DNA of 64,000 nt, from NCBI RefSeq assembly GCF_006345805.1, contig NC_043001.1, positions 111,104,001 through 111,168,000 of the forward strand, in the 5' to 3' direction. The stretch comes from Octopus sinensis. Taxonomy: Eukaryota. Positions 1 to 10,426 of this stretch are shown one piece after another (position 1 is the first letter of the stretch; every line of letters starts with the position of its first letter). The notes under the pieces are model-generated. The model was not told the origin of the DNA, did no database searches, and worked only from the letters and a program-made list of their open reading frames with translations. The position numbers were made by a program, and so were the translations under genes.

Positions 1-190
1 GACAGCGGCCATGCTGGAGCACCGCCTTTAGTCGAGCAAATCGACCCAAGGACTTATTCTTTGTAAGCATAGTACTTATTCTATTGGTCTTTTTCGCCGA
101 ACCGCTAAGTAAACACGCCAGCATCAGTTGTCAAGCGATGTTAGGGGGACAAAGACAGGCATAGAAACATATACGCACGCATACATATAT
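1..190 (-). mobile_element. SINE family A (tRNA-headed, internal microsatellite), 3' half, cut by window start
   Basis: Matches the 3' half of the full copies at 25338-25807, 27608-28013, 51199-51675 and 62058-62485 (GCGGCCATGCTGGAGCACCGCCTTTAGTCGAGCAAATCGACCC...). Confidence 0.9.
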
Positions 191-321
191 ATATATAATA
201 TATACATATATATATATATACATGTATATATACTAGTATATACATATATATATATACATATATATACATATATATACATATATATATATGTATATATATA
301 CATATATATATATACATATAT

Positions 322-369
<48 letters not shown>

Positions 370-413
370 TATATACCACCATATATATATATAATACATA
401 TAATATAAACACA

Positions 414-473
<60 letters not shown>

Positions 474-478
474 ACACA

Positions 479-525
<47 letters not shown>
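185..525. repeat. Compound (TA)n/(TACA)n/(CA)n microsatellite (expanded internal tract of SINE A)
   Basis: Direct reading of the sequence. Confidence 0.95.
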
Positions 526-526
<1 letters not shown>

Positions 527-557
527 GCGCGAGAAGAAGCAACAAGAATGGATAGGT

Positions 558-647
558 TTTTAGTACAATCGTTTCATACAAGGACAGGCTTTATTAAAAG
601 TTGTAAAAATTACAGCATATAACGTGTCCCGTACTCATCAGCTAAAA
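558..647 (-). ncRNA. Minimal type-I hammerhead ribozyme motif (left arm)
   Basis: Reverse complement of the motif at 2014-2104. Confidence 0.7.
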
Positions 648-2013
648 TACATGTGAGTTCTCTAGACATCCTAGTGGTTGAGGCTATACTCATGAAGTAA
701 TGTAGATAATTAAGTAACATAAACAGATTTCCAGTTCATTAAAGTTCTTTAAAGATGATGTACAGTCTTATCACAGAATTTTAAAAAAGTTCTAATAGCA
801 TCACAGAGAATGTGACCTAATCCATAGAGCACATATGAATTTCCAGAGATATGATGAGGGATTACATACTCACAGAAGACAAATTTATCCATTGTTAATC
901 ACAACGAGGTGGGTCTCAATTCCTGCTTATTAGCATTACAGAGAGGGTGAATTAATCCTTTGAATAGATGCACAATTTCCAATGGTGTAGATGTAAGTTT
1001 CCAGAGAAATGAAGAGGAATTTCATATTCACAGGCGATAAATTTATCAATGGTTGAACACAATGAGGTGGTATCAATTCTTGTTATATGATTAGGTATTT
1101 GCCACATAATCACATTACTGCTATTACAAGAGGCTGTAGCTATTTAACTTTTAAAGGCTGAAGGGCTTTCTAGAGAGGCCAAGAATAGAAAGGGAAGGGA
1201 ATAGAAGAAAAGAGAGAAAATAAAGGAGGAGGGAGCAAAAAAAGGGGTGGAGGGGACTAAAAGAGACTAATTCGTCTGTATAACTAGAACCCTCTTTTTT
1301 ATTTTTATTTTTTCCCTTCTTTCCCTATTTCTTTCTCTTTTCTCTTTTTTCTGTTTCTTCTTCTTATTCTCTTTTTCCTTTTCTCTTCTCTTTTAGTCCC
1401 CTTTCCCCCCCTTTTTTTTGCTCCCTCCTCCTTTATTTTCTCTCTTTTCTTCTATTCCCTTCCCTTTCTATTCTTGGCCTCTCTAGAAAGCCCTTCAGCC
1501 TTTAAAAGTTAAATAGCTACAGCCTCTTGTAAATAGCAGTAATGTGATTAATGTGGCAAATACCTAATCATATAACAAGAATTGATACCTACCTCATTGT
1601 GTTCAACCATTGATAAATTTATCGCCTGTGAATATGAAATTCCTCTTCATTTCTCTGGAAACTTACATCTACACCATTGGAAATTGTGCATCTATTCAAA
1701 GGATTAATTCACCCTCTCTGTAATGCTAATAAGCAGGAATTGAGACCCACCTCGTTGTGATTAACAATGGATAAATTTGTCTTCTGTGAGTATGTAATCC
1801 CTCATCATATCTCTGGAAATTCATATGTGCTCTATGGATTAGGTCACATTCTCTGTGATGCTATTAGAACTTTTTTAAAATTCTGTGATAAGACTGTACA
1901 TCATCTTTAAAGAACTTTAATGAACTTTGGAAATCTGTTTATGTTACTTAATTATCTACATTACTTCATGAGTATAGCCTCAACCACTAGGATGTCTAGA
2001 GAACTCACATGTA

Positions 2014-2104
2014 TTTTAGCTGATGAGTACGGGACACGTTTATATGCTGTAATTTTTACAACTTTTAATAAAGCCTGTCCTTGTATGAAACGATTGTACT
2101 AAAA
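2014..2104 (+). ncRNA. Minimal type-I hammerhead ribozyme motif (right arm)
   Basis: Stem I TTTTAG(2014-19)/CTAAAA(2099-2104); core CTGATGA(2020-26); stem II GTACGGGACA/TGTCCTTGTAT with one bulge; GAAA(2087-90); stem III AC-gatt-GT; GUA cleavage triplet at 2096-98. Confidence 0.75.
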
Positions 2105-2251
2105 ACCTATCCATTCTTGTTGCTTCTTTCTCGCTTATAATCACCCCACATTACTGTATTGTTAAAACAGTATAGTTTTTTTTGGTGCATCTAAGTTAGG
2201 TACCATATTCAAGTAAATTCATTTAAATTAACTTGAATCTTTATTGCTTTT

Positions 2252-2294
<43 letters not shown>

Positions 2295-2305
2295 GTACAT
2301 ATATA

Positions 2306-2459
2306 CGACGGGCTTCTTTCAGTTCCCGTCTACCAAATCCACTCACAAGGCTTTAGTCGGCCTGAGGCTACAGGAGAAGACATTCGCCCAAGGTGCCACG
2401 CAGTGGGACTGAACCCAGAACCGTGGTTGGTAAGCAAGCTACTTACCACACAGCTACTC
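2306..2459 (-). mobile_element. SINE family A, 5' half (tRNA-like head)
   Basis: Matches the head halves of the full SINE A copies; same strand as the 3' half at 1-190. Confidence 0.85.
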
Positions 2460-4861
2460 TTAATTATTAGTATCAAAATGGCCGTTAGTTGCCAGACAAC
2501 GGAAAAGCAGGAAGATCGTCAAGTATTATTGCAAGGTCGCTGAAATTAGACAGGAAAGTATGTCTTAAATTTGATATTCAGTAATACAAGAAGCAGTATA
2601 GGTATCATACTTGCGTCGCAGTATAATCTTCAACTGCTACAAGTGCATATCATGAATTGGAAATAAGTAACCAGAGGGGAATCAATCTAATAGACCAATT
2701 AACGAAATTCTTACGGGCGAGGAGGAAAAAACCAAATACGGAAAGAGTATGATTAGACTAGATTATGTTCTGATTTGTGACAGGCAGTAGTACAACTGCT
2801 GCGCTCTTCAGAGAGAGTTAACTGCAAGTGAAATTTTAATCTTAAACTATATGGAAAATGCTTTTGCCGAGTTGATAACACTCCCGGTTGTCAGGTGGTC
2901 GTTAAGAGAAGTGTAGCTGGATGCATTTTGAGAGCGGTGGGCGTCACGTACAGGAATGTGGTTAGCAACAAAATTATCAGTGAGCAATTAGATATCCACG
3001 TGGTTTTCAACTCCCTTCCGTTTATGATATTTCCTCGCTCTATTACAGAAGAGCTGAAGCTAGAACTCGGCGGAAACTCTTCGATACTAATGACATATTC
3101 ATTGCAACCAAGTCATTAAACTACTCAGAAAAGAAATTAAATATGCAGAAGTAAGAATTAGGGTCAAGCGTTTTTAAGATAATCTTTATGAAGTATGCAA
3201 ATTTAGTATATATTTCAGTTATATGATAGGTGATATGGCACTACTGCGCTTATAGAAATGGTCCTGCTTGACATGCAGAATAGGGGTTTGTAGGATCTGC
3301 ATACGGTGTACATGCTATGATCTATGGGTGCTGGAGAGATACAGTGGCTTTACAGACTGATTATCGTTAAATAAAATTTTGTATGTGGCATATATGCAGG
3401 AGTGGATAACAATTAATGCTGAAGTAACCTAAATTTTATTCTTTTCATTACAAGAGAAATTTTATACGCAATATTTGTTAGCTTCTGTTAGCTGGCCAGT
3501 ACACGCAGCTGAGGAGGAGGAGAAGGAGTAGGAGGAAAAGTTCTGTATAATAGTGAGACAAAACTCAAAGAAATATAAAGAAGTCAGTTTAAATTTTCAA
3601 ACGCAGGATAATGCAAATAATATAGCCTGAACAGGATAAGCTACCCCTATTTTGCAGAAAAAAGTGTTGGCGGATGGCTATGAGACTCGAACTCACACCT
3701 CCGTGATTAAGCGTCACGGTGCTCTGGTTTCTTCCACTGTATGTTAGGCTGTATATGATAGCGTTCGGAATCTGATGCTGCATGATAATAATACGTAGGC
3801 ATCGAAAGCCAAAAATCTATGAAATGAGAAAAAAATTAAACAAATATGCTCCATTGGATATACTACGTTATTATGCATGAAAGATAAAATACAGTTGAGG
3901 TGAGTGATAATTAAGCTTAGAAAAGAATTGCAGTTTGTGAGAATGAAGATGTCATTTGCTCAGACTTGTGATGTATATGGAGGATAATAGAGAGTAATAT
4001 AGGACACCCAAGAGGAATGCTTGCGGAACTGGAACACCTAGGATGATTATGACAAAGCTATTTAAAGCTCAGGTTGTACAACACCACGAATGACGCAACT
4101 TGGTGTTTAAAATACGTCAAACCAATGTGGGCAAAATACTCTGACGGACAAGTGATGAATATTTATATATGTGAACATACATAGTTGATGCATCATACAT
4201 GTAAACACAGAGGCACATTAAGTCTCCAAATATAGCATGCAACATTCGGAGTAATACAACAAAATTCAAGCAGTAAAATAATTGTTTTAACTCCATTCTT
4301 TTTTTTTAATGATAGAATACATGAATTTGTAATAAGTAACTTCAGACGAAGAGGTATGTTATGAAGAAACTAGTAATATAACGACGGAATATCCAACTGT
4401 AAGTTACCATAGAGTTCTTTTTAACTTCATGTTGCACACTGACACATACATTTCACGTACACACCTACACACATCGACATATAACACAAAATAATTGGCA
4501 GATATTCTCGCTGATAACAATGTCTTTTGAAGATCAGCCTATTATGGAGGTTAATGCAACAATAACTGAATTAAGGCGACTCACGAACCGGAAAACATGT
4601 ACAAAACAAAATTGAACTATTCAGTTAGTAACCCAGATTTCGAGTATTAACATGCCATTTTCTTTGAAGACAACTATTCTGCCATAACGAATTCACTTTG
4701 TTTCCATGAGCATTATTTTAGTTATCAGAAGAAAACTTCAAACGTAACAAACTGTTATTGTTTTTACTGAAATGAGTTCAGCATATAGAAAACAATTACT
4801 AAAAATAATTTCAAGAAATGGAAATTCACAATGTTACAACTAGAAGCAAATGCATTCTTAC

Positions 4862-6233
4862 GTGTTAACTGATGTGTTAACTGAACAAATATATTCGAGT
4901 CTCATTGTGTGGGTTTGTTCTCCGTGTCACTCCGTAGAGGCAGGATTCATTGAGCTATATGTATGCATATTTGTTAAACTCACAGTGTATAGTAATAATT
5001 ATTTTATAGATTCATTTCTTCACACTGCTTTACCTTGTTTTCTGCCTTTCGTTAAACAAGAGAAACTTTTGTTGAAATTAATTCATATAAAAATACAAAC
5101 ACACTGACCCACACACATGCGCACAAACAAACAAAAGGGAACGTAGTGTAAATAACGGACAGAGTCAAAACTATTGAAAAGGTTGCAACACGTAACGAAA
5201 ATTTTAGGAAAATAAAAATAAGGAATAAGTGGAAATTTTACCGGTGAGTGTGTTAATAAGGCACAAAAAGAAAATGACACTCCCCAGACACAGCAGAATA
5301 TGCTTCAACACACGAACTCACATAAAGAATCTTGCAAACCAAATCCAAAAACGAAAAGAATGAAAATATTTCTATTAATATGCGGTATCTTGTCGTGTAG
5401 GTTTAAGTGTATTATTTCATCGTACAACTAAATCTTAGGTGTTAACCGATGTGTTAACTGAACTATATTAGAGACTTATTGTGTGAATTTCTTCGTGTTA
5501 TTCCGTAAATTCATTTCTTCACACTGCTTTTCCTTGTTTTCTGTCTTTAGTTAAACTAGAGAAACTTTTGTTGAAATTAATTCATATAAAAGAATGACAA
5601 TATTTCTATTAATATGTGGTACCTTACTGTGTAGGTTTAAGTGTGTTTATTTCTTTATTGCCCACAAGCGGCTAAACATAGAAGGGACAAACAAGGACAG
5701 ACAAAGGGATTAAGTCGATTACATCGACCCCGGTGTGTAACTGGTACTTAATTTATCGACCCCGAAAGGATGAAAGGCAAAGTCGACCTCGTCGGAATTT
5801 GAACTCAGAACGTAGCGGCAGACGAAATACGGCTACGCATTTAGCCCGGCCTGCTAACGGTTCTGCCAGCTGACCGCCTTTGTAGGTTTAAGTGTATTAT
5901 TTCCTCGTACAACTAAATCTTAGGTGTTAACTGATGTGTTAACTGAACAACTATATTAGAGGCTTATTGTGTGGGTTTCTTCTTCGTGTTACTCTGTAGA
6001 GACAGGATTCATTGTACAGTATGTATGTATATTTGTTAAACTTACAGCGTATAGTAATACTTATTTTATAGATTCATTTCTTCACACTGCTTTTCCTTGT
6101 TTTCTGTCTTTTGTTAAACTAGAGAAACTTTTGTTGAAATTAATTCATATAAAAGAACGACAATATTTCTATTAATATGTGGTACCTTGTTGTGTACGTT
6201 TAAGTGTATTATTTCATCGGACAACTAAATCTT
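4862..6233. repeat. Local tandem triplication of a ~310-bp unit (copies start at 4862, 5439, 5924)
   Basis: GTGTTAACTGATGTGTTAACTGAAC...TACAACTAAATCTT recurs three times. Copy 1 has a ~265-bp insert; copy 2 has a ~90-bp deletion and a SINE insertion. Confidence 0.9.
5645..5880 (-). mobile_element. SINE family B (tRNA head plus CORE-like domain), monomer with 15-bp TSD
   Basis: TSD TGTAGGTTTAAGTGT at 5630-5644 and 5881-5895. CORE-like segment GCCTTTCATCCTTTCGGGGTCGATAAATTAAGTACCAG on the minus strand. Confidence 0.92.
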
Positions 6234-7002
6234 CCTCTAGAATCATAGCATGTTAAGAATACGGATGTAGATCTTTTATTATTCTTATTTTTTTTCCTGA
6301 TATGTGTTGGAGTCATTGGACTGCAGCTATTCTTGTGCATAACCTTCGAAATATTTCTTCGATAATATCGTTTGAAGCAGTTATTTTGGTCTGGTATGCG
6401 TTGTATCGCATTCGGAAGGGGCTGACGTAAGAGGAAGTCCTTGATGGGCTGTCAAAAGAAATTAATTACCAAGAACATTCAGTCGATATCATTAAGACCG
6501 TTAACAGGTGTCAAGTGATAGCTGAAATTTCAAACGTATTACAAAACTTCCGAAAATATTAATATAATGCATTGCGCCAAATACACACGAGAGATGGGAG
6601 ATCTGCAAAGCTGTCTAATTTGGGAAAAGGGAAACCTGAATATCTGTGGACTGATAGTCGGAATCAGATTTCCTCGAAAATTTACGAATAAACTGACACC
6701 GATTATGATACTCTTCAAATATGTAACGTTCCTATAATTTTTCCAAATTCTAGATATAACCCCAGCAGGAGTGATATACAATGCTACAACAAAATATTCA
6801 GTATGGTGTTGTTGTAAAAAGACTCAGTGCATTAAGTTCTGACTTGGATTCCGATGTGTATAATTATATATCAATTATCCAATCGCATAGTTTCCTTTCT
6901 TTAAGTAGGTTCTACATTTATTTAAATATCATTCATCTAGAAAAGGCCACAAATAGTTCTCTGTGCAAAATCTTGGGGAGAAACAACCAGTTTACGTATT
7001 AG

Positions 7003-7048
<46 letters not shown>

Positions 7049-7450
7049 TATATATATATAATGAAAATATATATTCTCCGATTTCAAGCGACAATTTTTA
7101 ATGATGAACTAACCCTAGCCAGAATCGAACGCACAAATCAACTCTTATACCACACCTTGCGCATCCGATTGGGTCAAACGCTCACTAATCAATTTCAACC
7201 AAATATAAGGAATATATACTTAAACTGTGCGTTCAATTCTGGCTAGAGCTAGCTCATCATTTTCCTGTCATTTGTTTGTATTCCAAAATTGTGGCTTCAA
7301 ATGGGAGAAGATATATATGTGTGCATGCATATATATATATATATGAATATTTTTTTAATTTTGGGGAATAATAAGTAGTCCATCTTATCAGGACATTTAC
7401 TATTTTACATTTTACTAATGCAATGTAAACAGTATCTTTTATATTATTAC

Positions 7451-7960
7451 AAATTTGGGATTTTACGAATAGAACCGCAACCGTTATTTCTGGATAACCT
7501 TATTATATGGAATACACATACCAAGTTATATCCAATAATATAATATAAGCATTTAAAAAACCTACTATAAAATACAATAAATTATTTGAAAAAATATTTG
7601 AAAAACTATATATAACTTACCTGTGGGAAAATAAGATATATTTAATCAACTTATACGTGTTTTTGCGCTGGTGGCGTGTTGTCAAGGCTATATCTAATAC
7701 ATAAATCTACCAGTGGGTCCTGAGGCTATTTATTTTATTGCTATTATCATTAACGGATCAAAGTTTAAAATAAATTTTATAAGTCATATTAAATAGTTAT
7801 ATATATTTTACAAATATTTTTCAAATAATGTTATTGCATTTTATAGTAGGTTATTTAAATGCTTACATTATTTTATTGGATATAACTTTCTATGGATATT
7901 CTATATAATAAGCGTACTCTGAAATAGGTGTTGCGGTTCTATTGGTAAAATCCGAAATTT
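7451..7960. mobile_element. Fold-back/MITE-like element (arms ~7451-7616 and ~7796-7960)
   Basis: Arms are reverse complements at roughly 85% identity by eye, with a 179-bp spacer. Superfamily and TSD not determined. Confidence 0.75.
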
Positions 7961-7963
7961 TAA

Positions 7964-7965
<2 letters not shown>

Positions 7966-8013
<48 letters not shown>
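7966..8013. repeat. (AAT)n microsatellite
   Basis: Direct reading. Confidence 0.95.
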
Positions 8014-8017
<4 letters not shown>

Positions 8018-8074
8018 ACTTCTATATTTAATGCAATATAATAATACAGTTCTATAGTTAAGACGAACAACTCA

Positions 8075-8362
8075 AAACTGTGACACGAGGAGATATTGAT
8101 AAATGGAGTATAGATGATCATGTATGGAAAATGGAGAGCACCTCCCCCTAGGACACAACATCTTGGTAAGCAGACCGAGTGTATCTATGAGCAGCATATG
8201 GAAACCGGTATTAAGTAAGGATAGAACAATACCTTACGAATATGAACCCATGTGCGAAAGTTCCCCAAGACACCTGATGAAGGCTGGAGGGTATATCAGC
8301 CGAAACGTTGTGTTAACAACAAGCAAGATGAGGACACATATCTGGTGAATGTAAATAATATA

Positions 8363-8365
<3 letters not shown>
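8075..8365 (+). mobile_element. Probable Penelope-like element 3'/pLTR fragment ending in (TA)n
   Basis: Contains a minimal hammerhead and runs into (TA)n at 8366. The 5' boundary is approximate. Confidence 0.5.
8269..8314 (+). ncRNA. Minimal (dimer-type) type-I hammerhead ribozyme motif
   Basis: GACAC-CTGATGA-A-GGCTG(gagggtatat)CAGCC-GAAA-CGTT-GTGTT. Stem I 5 bp, stem II 5 bp, palindromic ACGT in place of stem III. Confidence 0.78.
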
Positions 8366-8414
<49 letters not shown>

Positions 8415-8518
8415 ACCAACCAGGCCATCAGATGTTGCTATACATTGCTGGTCACAATGCGCTTCACATTGCTTTATCCTTCAAATGACGCCACCCCGCT
8501 GGCTAAGCCAGCAGGGTA

Positions 8519-8585
<67 letters not shown>

Positions 8586-9861
8586 ATATACAGTGCGAAA
8601 AAGAGAGACAGACACACAGACAGAGAGGGTAGAGAGAGATATGTTTGTGCATGTATATGTAGTAAATCTATTCGCGTTGTATTGACCTGCCCGGATACAT
8701 AATAGTAAAATAGTAAACATGTTCACAGTTAGCTTCACGTGAATGAGAATCAAATTACATAAATGCACAGTGCGGCCTGCTCTTATATATTTCGTCTGCA
8801 GACACAACCTTAAACTAATAAAAACCATATTCTTTTCGATTACTATCTGTTGTAACCCGACTTTGAATATACTTACTCCCAACTTTCGACCGATTACCCT
8901 GTGTTTATGCATCAATTATTTCTGCTAAATATTAGCTATACACAAACCGAAAATTATATAACAAATATAATTGTTTAATTCTCAACTGAAAACAATCCAT
9001 TTCATTTCACATCAATGTTTCGATATCTATTTCCATATTTCTATACATTCTGTTACCGTTTCTCCACCATTCTCTCAACCCTACCTGTCTCTCTCTTTAT
9101 ATCTCTATGTATAAATCTAATTCTCTCTCACTTTTTCTCTCACTCTCTCCCTCTCTGTTTTCTGGATCTCTCTCTCTCTCTCTCTGTCTTTCTTAATCTT
9201 CACCATTATGATTACACATAGCCTCACATTTTCGATAATGTTTAATATGGTATTATAATTATAGACATAATGTTTATGTTCATTTAATCAAAATATTACG
9301 TTATGACATTTTTCCAAGAAATACACTGTTAAACCACGCCTACATTCAGAAGATTGAGCAGTATAGGAGATGATTAAAGACACACAATGCAAAACGCTGA
9401 TGTCTATGTATACACTTCTTTGTAGAAATAGGAATTAATAAACAAATATAGTAAGTGATTCTAACACTAACGTAAATTTCGTCTCACATATATTCACACC
9501 TAAATATATATATATATATATGTATGTGCGTGTGTGTGTAGATATGTTATGTAGATAAGGTTAAACCTCAGTTATGTCGTATTTAAGCACATCTTATTTC
9601 GGAAGTTGAAAGTCATATGTGGTTGTTATATTAGTATGAGATATGATTCAGACTTGAACATGCTGGAAATAATTTTACTGAGTAATTACAGGTCAAAACA
9701 GAATGCTAAAAGTTGGTATTATTTATACACCATTACACATGTTTGATTTGCCAAGAGAGATTACACAATTCTACATGTAGAAAAAACATGTAAGGTATTT
9801 ATGATTGGAAATTAATAAGAGAATTCAATATAATTATTCGATTCACTGCCTAAAGGAGGTA

Positions 9862-10426
9862 TTGGGTTGTCCGGAAAGTTCGTGCCGATTTTTAAAGGAA
9901 AGAAAATGGTCAATAAATACCTGCCATTACATTTTCAATCAACCAAATATGAACCAATTTGCTGCACAATGCGTCTCCATTTTTCCTTTAAGTTGAAAAT
10001 ACCCTCTTCCCAGAATTAAGGTGGTTTCATAGCAAAGAATTCATCAAGGTATCATTTTACGTGATCCAAGGAATTGAGAGTTTTACCATTAAGACTATTC
10101 TGCAGAGACCTGAATAAGTGGAAATCCGAAGGAGCAATATCTTGTGAATATGGAGGGTGGACTATCATATCTCAGCCGAGCTGCAGCAATTTTTGTCTGG
10201 CTCCCAAAGCATCAAGTGCCGAAATGAACTTTGTTATCTTTCATTTTAAAGGGTTACAGAATTAACACAGGTTATAGGAAGAGAAACCTTCTCCCGCGAA
10301 AAGATAGCTTAAACTGTGCTCTAAATGGAGGTGTAGTCAAATCCTATTTTATTGGCTCAACCATGTTCTGAAATCAGTCGATATATAAGCGACTATAAAT
10401 CGGCACGAACTTTCCGGACAACCCAA
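9862..10426 (-). mobile_element. Internally deleted mariner element with perfect 30-bp TIRs and TA TSD
   Basis: TIR TTGGGTTGTCCGGAAAGTTCGTGCCGATTT at 9862-9891, inverted at 10397-10426, both flanked by TA. Minus strand joins the transposase start (MKDNKVHF) to the C-terminus (HPPYSQDIAPSDFHLFRSLQNSLNGK). Confidence 0.95.

Larger units (their letters stand above)
529..2134. mobile_element. 1.6-kb palindrome (arms 529-1266 and 1387-2134, 120-bp spacer), Penelope-like element derivative with inverted arms
   Basis: Arms are near-perfect reverse complements that differ mostly by 1-2 nt indels. Each carries a hammerhead motif about 30 nt from its outer end. No intact ORF. The palindrome is seen directly; the PLE label is inference. 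Confidence 0.8.

Noticed and set aside
3049-3150. Plus-strand 102-nt exon candidate (RAEARTRRKLFDTNDIFIATK...)
   Set aside because: Splice signals and one open frame only; no homology or partner exons.
8409-8515. Short segment that looks like a repeat fragment between (TA)n tracts
   Set aside because: No second copy in the window and no diagnostic motif, so it cannot be classified.
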